Assembly: GCA_965221775.1 (NCBI GenBank)
Contig: CBDCSU010000005.1
Span: forward strand, 192,001 to 256,000
From: Candidatus Latescibacterota bacterium
GTDB taxonomy: Bacteria; Latescibacterota; UBA2968; UBA8231
Direction of reading: 5' to 3'
Length of the DNA stretch: 64,000 nt
Shown here: positions 1 through 8,961 of the stretch, piece after piece
Layout of the letters: every line of letters starts with the position of its first letter
Position numbering within the stretch: the first letter of the stretch is position 1
The notes under the pieces: generated by a model
What the model was told of the DNA's origin: nothing
The model's database searches: none
What the model saw: only the letters and a program-made list of their open reading frames with translations
Translations under genes and position numbers: made by a program

Positions 1-181
1 TGCCGCAGCCGCTCTCTCCCACCAGCCCCAGGGTCTCGCCCCGGCCGAGGTGGAAGGAGAGTCCGTCGACGGCGCGTCCGACGCCGCTCCGGGTGTGGAA
101 CCAGGTGCGCAGACCGCGCACCTCGAGGACCGGCTCTTCGCCGGACGCCGGGCCCGGGGGCGAAGGGGTCACGGCCGTCAC
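1..181 (-). CDS. Oligopeptide/dipeptide ABC transporter ATP-binding subunit (DppD/OppD-like), N-terminal part only; runs off the window
   Basis: Manual translation [60 protein letters not shown]; Walker A begins at the window edge; GTG overlaps the upstream stop (GTGA). Confidence 0.85.
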   Translation of the reverse strand, partial: MTAVTPSPPGPASGEEPVLEVRGLRTWFHTRSGVGRAVDGLSFHLGRGETLGLVGESGCG

Positions 182-990
182 CGCGAGAGTGGGGCGGCGT
201 CTGCAAAACGCAGGGCGTGGCCCTCGGTTCCGTACGTCTCCCGGGCCAGGACCTCGGACCGCCGCCGCTCCGCGGGGGTCAGCGGCGCCTCGCGAACCGG
301 CAGGCCGAGGACCTGGCCGAAGCCTGCGGCCAGGCAGCCCACGAGACGGTCCCTGTCCAGGGGCTGCCCGGCGCACTCGGCCAGGTGCGTGCTCGCAGCC
401 TCCAGGGACGGGCCCCCCTGCCGCGGAGCCGGGATCAGCTCCGCCAGGCGCAGGTGCTCGGGCCCGGCCAGCAGGGAACCGTGCTGCAGCAGCGCCCCCC
501 GCGTGCGGCGCTGGGCGCTGCCCACCAGCTTGCGGCCGCCGCTGGTCAGCTCCCAGCGCGAGGCGCTGGCGAAGCAGGCCCCGTGCCGGGTGCCGGGACG
601 CCCCCCGGGAGCCAGCTCGACATCGACCCCGCCGCGCCGCAGGCCCTCGGCCAGACACTCGCCGAGGATGCGGCACGCCTCCGGCAGGGGATGGGCCGCG
701 GGGCCCTCGCCCTCGGCGCAGTGAAAGCTGTAGGTGATCTCGTTCCAGTGCAGGACGGCCCGGCCCCCCGTGGGGCGGCGTACGATGTCGATACCGAGGT
801 CCCGGCAACGGGAGATGTCGACAGCCTCCCGGGCGCGCTGGCCGAAACCGAGACTGACCGCCGGGGGGCTCCACCCGTAGGTGCGCAGGATCGGGCCGCC
901 GCCGTCGCGGGCGGCGGCGAGGAGGACGTCGTCGACGGCCATGTTGAGGGCCCCCGGCAGCGCCCCCGTGTCCAGGAAGCGCAGGGGCAT
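178..990 (-). CDS. Lipoate-protein ligase A / octanoyltransferase (LipM-like) family
   Basis: 3' part of ORF 178..1740: [44 protein letters not shown]; ATG at 990 overlaps the rnc stop. Confidence 0.88.
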   Translation of the reverse strand: MPLRFLDTGALPGALNMAVDDVLLAAARDGGGPILRTYGWSPPAVSLGFGQRAREAVDISRCRDLGIDIVRRPTGGRAVLHWNEITYSFHCAEGEGPAAHPLPEACRILGECLAEGLRRGGVDVELAPGGRPGTRHGACFASASRWELTSGGRKLVGSAQRRTRGALLQHGSLLAGPEHLRLAELIPAPRQGGPSLEAASTHLAECAGQPLDRDRLVGCLAAGFGQVLGLPVREAPLTPAERRRSEVLARETYGTEGHALRFADAAPLSR

Positions 991-1745
991 CAGATCTCCC
1001 CGAGGCTCTGCAGCGCGTCCCGGGCGGCCATCTGCTGGGCCTCCTTCTTGGAGCGCCCCTGCCCCCGGCCGATGGTCTGGCCGGTGACGCTCACATCGAC
1101 GCTGAAGACCTTGTCGTGGTCCGGGCCACGCTCGCCCTGCACCTGGTACCGGGGGTGGCCTTCTCCCCGTCCCTGCACGTGCTCGAGGAGTTTGCTCTTG
1201 AAGTTGACGAAGTCCTCCGCGTCCGCCAGCCCTTCCATGTCGTGAAGGACGGCGGTCTCGACGAAGCGGCGCGCCGGCCGCAGCCCCCCGTCGAGGTAGA
1301 GGGCGCCGATGACGGCCTCGAAGGCGTCGCTGAGGATCGAGTCCTGATCGGCGCCGCCGGCGGCCCTCTCCTCGGGACTGAGCAGGATGTGGCCGCCCAG
1401 GTCCATCGCCCGCGCGCGGCGGGCCAGGAGGGCGCGGCTCACGGCCAGGGATTTCATCTGCGTCAGGTCTCCCTCGCGCCGGTCGCGGTAACGGTGGTAC
1501 AAGTGCTCCGCCACCACGAGGTCGAGGACGGCGTCTCCGAGGAACTCCAGGCGCTCGTTGGAGTCGATCCCCGCCCCCTGCCTGGCGTACACGAAGGATC
1601 TGTGCTTGAGGGCGTGGGCGAGGAGGCGAGGATCGCGGAAGCGGTACCCGAGCCCCCTCTCGAGGGCCCGGAGCCGTGGCCGCGGCAATTCGGCCGCCGA
1701 CGGCCTCGGGCCGAGCCGGGCGAGAGCGGCGCGAATCCAACCCAT
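990..1745 (-). CDS. rnc: Ribonuclease III
   Basis: [12 protein letters not shown] signature, [16 protein letters not shown]-terminal dsRBD ([12 protein letters not shown]); start ATG 1745 or TTG 1772. Confidence 0.95.
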   Translation of the reverse strand: MGWIRAALARLGPRPSAAELPRPRLRALERGLGYRFRDPRLLAHALKHRSFVYARQGAGIDSNERLEFLGDAVLDLVVAEHLYHRYRDRREGDLTQMKSLAVSRALLARRARAMDLGGHILLSPEERAAGGADQDSILSDAFEAVIGALYLDGGLRPARRFVETAVLHDMEGLADAEDFVNFKSKLLEHVQGRGEGHPRYQVQGERGPDHDKVFSVDVSVTGQTIGRGQGRSKKEAQQMAARDALQSLGEI

Positions 1746-1781
1746 CGGCGGGCGGGGAGGATCCGTCGGCAAGGCGGATCC

Positions 1782-3023
1782 TCAGGCGGGGCGGGTGAAG
1801 ACGAGGGCGGCGTTGTGGCCGCCGAAACCGAAGGAGTTGTTCATCACGCCGTCGACCTGCACCTCGCGGGCCTCGTTGGCCACGTAGTCGAGATCGCAGG
1901 CCGGGTCGGGGGTCTCGTAGTTGATGGTCGGGGGCAGCACGCCGTGCTTCAGGGCCAGCAGGCAGGCGATGCTCTCGACAGCGCCCGCCGCCCCGAGGAG
2001 GTGCCCGGTCATCGACTTGGTGGAGCTCACGGCCAGCTCGTCCGCCCGGGCGCCGAAGACGCCCTTCAGCGCCGCCGTCTCCTGCGGGTCGCCGACCACG
2101 GTCGAGGTGCCGTGGGCGTTGACGTAGCCGATCTCCCCCGGACCGAGGCGGGCGTCGTCGAGGGCCAGGCGCATCGCCCGGGCGCCGCCCTCTCCCTCGG
2201 GAGCCATGTCGGTGATGTGGTAGGCGTCGGCGGTGAAGCCGAGTCCGCGGAACTCGCCGTAGATCTCGGCCCCCCGGCGGCGGGCGTGCTCGTGCTCCTC
2301 CAGGACCAGGGCCCCCGCCCCTTCGCCGAGGACGAAGCCGGCTCGGTCGGCGTCGAAGGGCCGGCTCGCCCGCTGCGGCTCGTCGTTGCGCACCGACAAG
2401 GCCCGGGCCGCGGCGAAGCCGGCCACGGACAAGGGCGTGACGGCGGCCTCGGTGCCGCCGGTGACCATGACGTCGGCGTCGCCGTACTGGATCTTGCGCC
2501 CCGCCTCGCCGATGGCGTGAGCCGCCGAGGCGCAGGCGGAGACGGTGGTGTAGTTGGGGCCCCGGGCGCCGAGCTTGATGGAGATCATCCCCGCCGACAT
2601 GTCGCTGATGATCATGGGGACGAAGAAGGGGCTCAGGCGCCCCGGACCGCGGTCGCTGAGCACGGAGTGCTGGTCCTCGAGGGTGGCGATGCCGCCGATG
2701 CCGGAGCCGAAGATGACGCCCACGCGCTCGGACTGCAGGCGGTCCATGTCGAGGCCGGCGTCGGCGAAGGCCTGGGTGGCCGCATACACGCCGTACTGGA
2801 CGAAAGCGTCGTTGCGGCGAACCTCCTTGCGGTCGAGGCAGGACTCGGGGTCGAAGTCCTTGACCTCCCCGGCGATGGTGACCTTCTGGCCGGTGGTGTC
2901 GAAACGGGTGATCGGCCCGATGCCGGAACGGCCGTTGGTCAGGGCGTCCCAGTAGGCGACGGGATCGTTGCCGTTCGGGGCCAGCACCCCGAGACCTGTG
3001 ACCACTACTCTCCGCCGCGCCAC
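1782..3023 (-). CDS. fabF: 3-oxoacyl-ACP synthase II
   Basis: RRVVVTGLG, SACAS, NAHGTST, GHLLGAAG, NSFGFGG. Confidence 0.96.
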   Translation of the reverse strand: MARRRVVVTGLGVLAPNGNDPVAYWDALTNGRSGIGPITRFDTTGQKVTIAGEVKDFDPESCLDRKEVRRNDAFVQYGVYAATQAFADAGLDMDRLQSERVGVIFGSGIGGIATLEDQHSVLSDRGPGRLSPFFVPMIISDMSAGMISIKLGARGPNYTTVSACASAAHAIGEAGRKIQYGDADVMVTGGTEAAVTPLSVAGFAAARALSVRNDEPQRASRPFDADRAGFVLGEGAGALVLEEHEHARRRGAEIYGEFRGLGFTADAYHITDMAPEGEGGARAMRLALDDARLGPGEIGYVNAHGTSTVVGDPQETAALKGVFGARADELAVSSTKSMTGHLLGAAGAVESIACLLALKHGVLPPTINYETPDPACDLDYVANEAREVQVDGVMNNSFGFGGHNAALVFTRPA

Positions 3024-3036
3024 GTCGACCGCCGCC

Positions 3037-3276
3037 TCAGGCCTTGGCGTTCTCTTCGAGGTAGCGAATGGCGTCGGTGACGGAAGCGATCTTCTCGGCG
3101 TCCTCGTCGGGGATATCGAGGCCGAACTCCTCCTCGAAGGCCATGACCAGCTCGACCGTGTCCAGCGAGTCGGCGCCGAGGTCGTCGATGAAGGACGCCT
3201 CCCTGGTCACCTGCTCGGCATTGACGCCGAGCTGTTCGACGATCAGGTCGCGTACCCGCTCTTCGATGGTTGGCAT
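3037..3276 (-). CDS. acpP: Acyl carrier protein
   Basis: [20 protein letters not shown]; ATG at 3276 with SD AAGGAG. Confidence 0.96.
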   Translation of the reverse strand: MPTIEERVRDLIVEQLGVNAEQVTREASFIDDLGADSLDTVELVMAFEEEFGLDIPDEDAEKIASVTDAIRYLEENAKA

Positions 3277-3399
3277 GCAGGTCTCCTTTTTGTGCGCTTG
3301 CCGAATCGTGGGTTGGGCAACGTTACCCGGGGGGTTCACCTATATATGCAGGGTCCTGAGACGGCGCAACCGGGATCCTGGATCCGGCCCCGCCCCCGG

Positions 3400-4146
3400 C
3401 TACATCGTCATGCCGCCGTCGACGGCCAGCACCTGCCCGGTGATGTAGGCGGCCCTCCGAGAGGCGAGGAAAGCGACAGCGTCGGCCACCTCCTCCGGTG
3501 TGCCCGTCCGGGCCAGGGGCACGTGGGCCATCAGGTGCTCGACGGCCTCCTGCGGCAGATCGGCCGTCATTCCCGTGTCCGGCACGTACCCGGGCGCGAC
3601 GACGTTGACGGTGACCCCGCGGGAGGCCATTTCGCGGGCCAGGCTCTTGGTGAAGCCGATCAGCCCCGCCTTGGAAGCCGAGTAGTTGGCCTGCCCGGCG
3701 TTGCCCACGATCCCCGCCACGGAGGAGATGGAGATGATCCGCCCCTCCCGGGCGCGCATCATCGGCCGGGCTGCCGCCTTGGTGCAGTGGAAGGCGCCCT
3801 TGAGATTGGTCGCCAGCACCGCGTCCCAGTCCTCCTCCTTCATGCGCAGCAGGAGGTTGTCGCGCCGGATGCCGGCGTTGTTGACGAGGATGTGGATGCC
3901 CCCCAGCTCGGAGATCGTCCGCTGCACCGTGGCCGCCGCCTGGCCGGCGTCGGAGACGTCCGCCGCGCACGCCAGGGACGGCACGCCCAGGGCGGCGATC
4001 TCGGCGGCGGTGGACTCGGCCGCCGACTCGGTGCGCGCGCAGACGGCCACGGCCGCGCCCTCCGCCGCCAGGCGCAGGGCGATCGCCCGCCCGATGCCGC
4101 GGGATCCTCCGGTGACCAGGGCTGCTTTGCCGTCGAGATCCGCCAT
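3400..4146 (-). CDS. fabG: 3-oxoacyl-ACP reductase
   Basis: TGGSRGIG, NNAG, YSASK; fab operon context. Confidence 0.95.
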   Translation of the reverse strand: MADLDGKAALVTGGSRGIGRAIALRLAAEGAAVAVCARTESAAESTAAEIAALGVPSLACAADVSDAGQAAATVQRTISELGGIHILVNNAGIRRDNLLLRMKEEDWDAVLATNLKGAFHCTKAAARPMMRAREGRIISISSVAGIVGNAGQANYSASKAGLIGFTKSLAREMASRGVTVNVVAPGYVPDTGMTADLPQEAVEHLMAHVPLARTGTPEEVADAVAFLASRRAAYITGQVLAVDGGMTM

Positions 4147-4165
4147 CGCTCTTCCTCGTCAGAGT

Positions 4166-5092
4166 TCAGACACCGGTTTCGAGACCGCTCATCTCCTCGG
4201 CGGTGCCCGCGGTCTCCACCCTCAGGCCGCGGAGAATGCGTCGGCTCAGGCCCTTCAGCACGCTGCCGGGACCGACCTCGAAGGCCCGGTCCACCCCCAT
4301 GGCGGAGAGGGCCTGCACCGACTCGGTCCAGCGCACGGGCGCCGTCATCTGCTCGAAGAGGAGGCGGCGCAGGGCGCGGGGATCGGTCTCGGGGGCGGCG
4401 GTCACGTTGGTCACCACGGGCACCGACGGGGGGCTGAACCGGGTCGCCGCCAGGCGCTGGGACAGGCCTTCGGCAGCCGACGCCATGAGAGGGGAGTGAA
4501 AGGCACCGCTCACCGGCAGCTCGACGACCCGCCGGGCGCCGGCCTTCTCGGCGGCGGCCATGGCCCTCTCCACCGCTCCCGCCTCGCCGGACAGGACCAC
4601 CTGGCCCGGGGAGTTGTAGTTCGCGGGTACCACCTCGGGGCCGATCTCCTCGCACAGACCCGCCACGACGTGGTCGTCGAGGCCGATGACGGCCGCCATC
4701 TTGCCCGGCCGCTCGGCGCCGGCGGCCTGCATCAGGCGCCCCCGCTCGCGCACCAGGGACAGGCCCTCGGAAAAGTCCAGCACCCCGGCGGCGGTGAGGG
4801 CCGAGTACTCCCCGAGGCTGTGGCCGGCCACCGCGTCCGGGTGAAGGCCGGCCTCGGCCAGCAGGCGGGCGGCGGCGACGCTGTGCACGTACACCGCCGG
4901 CTGGGTGATCTCGGTCTGGCTGAGGCGCTCCATCGGCCCCTCGAAGCAGACCCGCGAGAGGTCGAATCCGAGAATCCCGTCGGCCTCCTCGAAGGTCTCC
5001 CGGACCATGGGATAGCGCTCCCGGAGATCGGCCCCCATGCCGACGAACTGGGAAGCCTGGCCCGGAAACAGAAAGGCGGTCCGGGCGCTCAC
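4166..5092 (-). CDS. fabD: Malonyl-CoA:ACP transacylase
   Basis: FPGQASQ, TQPA, GHSLGE, VSGAFHS. Confidence 0.95.
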   Translation of the reverse strand: MSARTAFLFPGQASQFVGMGADLRERYPMVRETFEEADGILGFDLSRVCFEGPMERLSQTEITQPAVYVHSVAAARLLAEAGLHPDAVAGHSLGEYSALTAAGVLDFSEGLSLVRERGRLMQAAGAERPGKMAAVIGLDDHVVAGLCEEIGPEVVPANYNSPGQVVLSGEAGAVERAMAAAEKAGARRVVELPVSGAFHSPLMASAAEGLSQRLAATRFSPPSVPVVTNVTAAPETDPRALRRLLFEQMTAPVRWTESVQALSAMGVDRAFEVGPGSVLKGLSRRILRGLRVETAGTAEEMSGLETGV

Positions 5093-6096
5093 GAGACCCG
5101 GCTCCAGCGCATGAGGACGCTGCCCCAGGTGAGACCGGCGCCGACGGCGGTCATCTGCACCAGGTCTCCGGGCTCAAGGCGGCCTTCTTCCGCCGCCTCG
5201 GAGAGGGCGATGGGCACGGTACCGGCCGTGGTGTTGGCATAGCGTTCGATGTTGCTCAGCACGCGCTCTTCCTCCAGGCCCATGCGCTCGGCGGTGGCGG
5301 TGATGATCCGCTGGTTCGCCTGGTGCGGGACGAACAGCTTCAGGTCCTTCGGGGTCAGTCCGTTGCGCTCCAGCAGGGAGAGCGAGACCTCCGCCATCCG
5401 CTGGATGGCGAAGCGGAAGACCGCCCGTCCCTCCTGGTGAAGGTAGTGGTCCCGGGCTTCCACCGTCTCCCGGGTCGCCGGGTGCAGGCTGCCGCCGGCG
5501 CGGATGAAGAGGTCCTTGCCTCCGCGGCCGTCGGCGTGCAGCTCGAAGTCGACGATCCCCTCGTCCTCAACCTGCGCCGGCTCGAGCAGAACCCCTCCGG
5601 CGCCGTCGCCGAAGAGGACGCAGGTGGCGCGGTCGGTAGGATCGACGACGGCGCTCATCTTGTCGGCGCCGATGACCATCACCTTGCGGTGCGCCCCGGT
5701 GGCGATGAACTGGGCCCCGGAGACCAGGGCGTAGACGAACCCGGAGCAGGCGGCCTGGAGATCGAAGGCCCAGGCGCCGGTGGCGCCGACGGCCGCCTGC
5801 ACCAGGCAGGCCGTGGACGGCAGGAGCATGTCGGGCGTCATCGTCGCCACGATGATCAGATCGACCTCCTCGGCGGCGGTCCCGGTGCGCCGGAGCAGCC
5901 CTTCGGCCACCTGGGTGGCCAGGGCGGAGGTGCCGGCGTCTTCGAGAATCCTGCGCTCGCGGATTCCGGTGCGCTCGCGGATCCAGACATCGGAACTGTC
6001 GACGACCCGTTCCAGATCGGAGTTGGTGACGACCTTTTCGGGGAGGGCGCGCTCCACCGCCGTGATCGCCGCGACGGCGGCATGCGCAGGGGACAC
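5089..6096 (-). CDS. fabH: 3-oxoacyl-ACP synthase III
   Basis: WIRERTGI, AACSGF, PHQAN, YANT catalytic triad motifs. Confidence 0.94.
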   Translation of the reverse strand: MSPAHAAVAAITAVERALPEKVVTNSDLERVVDSSDVWIRERTGIRERRILEDAGTSALATQVAEGLLRRTGTAAEEVDLIIVATMTPDMLLPSTACLVQAAVGATGAWAFDLQAACSGFVYALVSGAQFIATGAHRKVMVIGADKMSAVVDPTDRATCVLFGDGAGGVLLEPAQVEDEGIVDFELHADGRGGKDLFIRAGGSLHPATRETVEARDHYLHQEGRAVFRFAIQRMAEVSLSLLERNGLTPKDLKLFVPHQANQRIITATAERMGLEEERVLSNIERYANTTAGTVPIALSEAAEEGRLEPGDLVQMTAVGAGLTWGSVLMRWSRVS

Positions 6097-6241
6097 GGGG
6101 GAGACCTTCGGCGCCGTCCGGGTTCAGACTCGCGGTGCGACGGAAACGGCGGTCGATGGGCCGTGAGCCCGCACCGGCGGGCGGGCCTCGATCTGGCTCC
6201 CGGCGCGAGCCCGGGCGGACCTGGTCAAGGGACGCTGGTCC

Positions 6242-6424
6242 CTAGTCCGAGGGTTCGAGGTAGGCGCGGCCCCGGTAGTGGCCGCAACTCTTGCAGACGC
6301 GGTGGGGGCGGGCCGGCTGGCCGCAGTTGGGACAGGTGGTGACGGTCGCGGCCCTGAGCTTCCAGTGGGTACGGCGCTTGTCGCGGCGGGTGCGTGAGAT
6401 CCTTCGCTTCGGTACGGCGGCCAT
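6242..6424 (-). CDS. rpmF: 50S ribosomal protein L32 (Zn-ribbon type)
   Basis: [18 protein letters not shown]...CPNC...[10 protein letters not shown]. Confidence 0.95.
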   Translation of the reverse strand: MAAVPKRRISRTRRDKRRTHWKLRAATVTTCPNCGQPARPHRVCKSCGHYRGRAYLEPSD

Positions 6425-6432
6425 CTTCTCTC

Positions 6433-6999
6433 TCAGCTCCTTTGACTCGTCTGTTGCTTCAGTTGGGCGAGGACCTCCCACCGGGGGTCGTCGACCTGGT
6501 CCGCGCAGGAGCAGGCGACGCGGTTTCGATCCTCACCGCACCGGGGGCACAGGCCCAGGCAGTCGGGCTTGCAGTAGATCCGCAGGGGCATCTCCAGCAC
6601 GAGAGCGTCGTGCAGGCGCTCGAGGAGGTCCACCTCCTTGACCCCCGGGTCGACGATGTCGACCTCGTCCTCCTCCTCCAACGCCTCGATCTCGTCCTCG
6701 GTGGCCTCCTTGCGCTGAAGGAGGAACTGCATCTGCGCCCGGAGCGGGGCGAAGGCCGGGGCCAGGCAGCGGCAGCACTCGCCGCGCAGCCTGGCTCGGA
6801 GCGACCCGCTCACCGTGAACATCTGCAGGCTGCGGCCCACCCTCAGGGTGACAGCGACGGGCCCGTCGAAGTCGAAGTCGGCGTCCGCCAGATCGAGTTG
6901 CTCCGGATCGATGTCGAAGGAGCCCTCGCTCCGGCCCTCCTCGACCTCGTCGAGAAGGATCGTCGTCGGCTGGCCGGGGAGGCTCGGCAGGAGGGACAC
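6433..6999 (-). CDS. yceD: DUF177/YceD family protein
   Basis: CCRCL and [13 protein letters not shown] motifs, DPRW C-terminus; lies upstream of rpmF. Confidence 0.9.
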   Translation of the reverse strand: MSLLPSLPGQPTTILLDEVEEGRSEGSFDIDPEQLDLADADFDFDGPVAVTLRVGRSLQMFTVSGSLRARLRGECCRCLAPAFAPLRAQMQFLLQRKEATEDEIEALEEEDEVDIVDPGVKEVDLLERLHDALVLEMPLRIYCKPDCLGLCPRCGEDRNRVACSCADQVDDPRWEVLAQLKQQTSQRS

Positions 7000-7012
7000 G
7001 GGCTCCTGCTCC

Positions 7013-7414
7013 CTAGAAGAAGAACCCGATCTCGCGGACCGCGTTCTCCGGAGAATCGGAGGCGTGCACGGCGTTGCACTGCACGTCGGTGCCGAAGTCC
7101 GCCCGGATCGTTCCCGGCGCCGCCCGGGTGCTGTCGGTCTCGCCGATGAACCGCCGCAGATGGGCGACGGCGTCGGGGGCCTCCAGCACCACCGGCACCA
7201 CGGGGCCCGAGGTCATGAAGGCCACCAGCTCGTGGTAGAAGGGCCGCTCCCGGTGGACCTCGTAGAACGCCCGCGCCCGCTCCTGGGTGAGCCGCTCCAT
7301 TCGCAGCTCCCGCAGCAGGAATCCCTCGCCCTCCAGCCGCGCCAGGATCTGTCCCACGGCGTTCCTGGCTACGGCGTCGGGCTTGACGATGAGGAGCGTA
7401 CGCTCCGTTTCCAC
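7013..7414 (-). CDS. ndk: Nucleoside diphosphate kinase
   Basis: ERTLLIVKPDAV, FMTSGP, PGTIRADFG, NAVHASDS; GTG at 7414. Confidence 0.95.
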   Translation of the reverse strand: METERTLLIVKPDAVARNAVGQILARLEGEGFLLRELRMERLTQERARAFYEVHRERPFYHELVAFMTSGPVVPVVLEAPDAVAHLRRFIGETDSTRAAPGTIRADFGTDVQCNAVHASDSPENAVREIGFFF

Positions 7415-7443
7415 CCGCAACCGTCCCTCGCGCGAAACCGGCG

Positions 7444-7475
7444 AAAAAGCGGCCGGAGCGGACACCGCTCCGGCC
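7444..7475 (-). terminator. Terminator-like hairpin in the ndk leader
   Basis: Perfect 11-bp stem GGCCGGAGCGG/CCGCTCCGGCC with a 3-nt loop, followed by GCTTTTT on the minus strand. Confidence 0.55.
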
Positions 7476-7490
7476 TGACATAAGTGCATG

Positions 7491-7519
7491 AATTTAGGGG
7501 CTATTAGGACAACTGTCAA
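7491..7519 (-). promoter_or_regulatory. sigma70-type promoter of the ndk-fab operon
   Basis: TTGACA-17 nt-TAAATT on the minus strand. Confidence 0.7.
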
Positions 7520-7537
7520 CGTGTCGGAAAGCGCCGC

Positions 7538-7566
7538 TTGACAGGGTTTTTCGTGCCGGGTAGATT
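7538..7566 (+). promoter_or_regulatory. sigma70-type promoter of the HD-rlmI-uvrC-xerD operon
   Basis: TTGACA-17 nt-TAGATT, ending 8 nt before the ATG at 7575. Confidence 0.72.
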
Positions 7567-7574
7567 GCCGCGGG

Positions 7575-8930
7575 ATGCCCCTCCACCCCCTGCTCGAGGA
7601 GGATGGCAAGGCCATCCGGGATCCGGTGTGGGGCTATGTCCACATCCCCGGTCCGCTGCTGGCCCTCGTCGACACCGAGGACTTCCAGCGGCTTCGCACC
7701 ATCAGCCAGCTCGGCTTCGTCCACCTCGTCTATCCCGGCGCCCGCCACTCCCGCTTCGAGCACTCCCTCGGCGTCTATCACCTGGCCAAGCAGTTCCTCG
7801 TCCGGCTGCTGCGGTCGGACCACCCCCTGGTCCTCGACGACCAGGACGTGCGCGTCTTCCTCGCCGCCACCCTGCTCCACGACATCGGCCACTATCCCTT
7901 CTCCCACACCCTCGAGGAACTGACCTCCTTCTTCGTCAGCCACGAGCAGCGGGCCCGCCGCCTGATCGAAGACCCTGCCGGCGAGATCTCCCGCGTCCTG
8001 CGCGAGGAGCTCGACATCGACCCGGTGCGGGTGGCCAACGTCATCGACTACGCCGCCAAGGACCGCGAGATCCCGCAGCGCGACCTGATGCTGGCCCGCA
8101 TCCTGAGCGGGACCCTCGACCCCGACAAGATCGACTACCTGCTGCGCGACTCCCTGTTCTGCGGGGTCCCCTTCGGCGAGAGCGTCAACCGCGACCGCCT
8201 GATCGCCGCCATCACCTACGACGCGCGGCGGCGCCAGCTGGCCATCCGCAGCAAGGGCGTCTCGGCCGTGGAGTCCCTGGCCTTCACCAACTACCTCATG
8301 TACCGCAACGTGTACTGGCACCACGCGGTGCGCTCGGCCACGGCGATGTTCAAGCGCTCGGTGCAGGAGGTCCTGCAGCACCCCCGCAGCGGCATCCGGG
8401 TCACCGACTTCCACCGGGTCACCGAGGGCGAGCTGCTCATGGCCCTGCGCGCCGAGCAGGACCGGCTCGGCCTGGAGGGCGCCCGGGCCCTCCTCGACGG
8501 GGTCGTGCACCGGCGGCTGCACAAGCTGGCCGCCTACATCTACCCCGGAGAGCGCAAGGAGGGGTTGCTCCACTATCTCTACGAGCTCTACCAGCATCCC
8601 GACCGGCGCCGCCTCAAGGAGATCGACCTGAGCCGGCGCTTCGGCGAGCGGCTCGGACGCCCCATCACCGGCCACGAGATCCTCATCGACATCCCCAGCT
8701 TCCACAAGACGCCCCAGGTCGACCTCAAGGTCTTCTACGGCGCCGCCGTGCCCTCCGACAAGCCGCAGCCCCTGAGCTTCGACGACCCCGAGGTCTCCCG
8801 CCTGCGCGAGTCGCTGGTGGACAACTTCGAGGACCAGGCCCGGATCTTCCGCGTGTTCTGCGTCGCCGACGCCGAGCTCCTGTCCCTGGCCTCCGAGGAG
8901 GCGAAGGGCCACCTCGGCGCCCACCGCTGA
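7575..8930 (+). CDS. HD-domain phosphohydrolase, SAMHD1/YwfO-like putative dNTP triphosphohydrolase
   Basis: IRDPVWG, FQRLR..QLG, HSRFEHSLG, LLHDIGHYPFSH, DKIDYLLRD, MYRNVYWH. Confidence 0.85.
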   Translation: MPLHPLLEEDGKAIRDPVWGYVHIPGPLLALVDTEDFQRLRTISQLGFVHLVYPGARHSRFEHSLGVYHLAKQFLVRLLRSDHPLVLDDQDVRVFLAATLLHDIGHYPFSHTLEELTSFFVSHEQRARRLIEDPAGEISRVLREELDIDPVRVANVIDYAAKDREIPQRDLMLARILSGTLDPDKIDYLLRDSLFCGVPFGESVNRDRLIAAITYDARRRQLAIRSKGVSAVESLAFTNYLMYRNVYWHHAVRSATAMFKRSVQEVLQHPRSGIRVTDFHRVTEGELLMALRAEQDRLGLEGARALLDGVVHRRLHKLAAYIYPGERKEGLLHYLYELYQHPDRRRLKEIDLSRRFGERLGRPITGHEILIDIPSFHKTPQVDLKVFYGAAVPSDKPQPLSFDDPEVSRLRESLVDNFEDQARIFRVFCVADAELLSLASEEAKGHLGAHR

Positions 8931-8961
8931 GGCGGACCCGGCGGCCGAGGGGCAAGACCCG

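Noticed and set aside
1782-6096. Type II PKS or secondary-metabolite cluster
   Set aside because: Canonical FAS-II order with rpmF and rnc; no chain-length factor or tailoring genes
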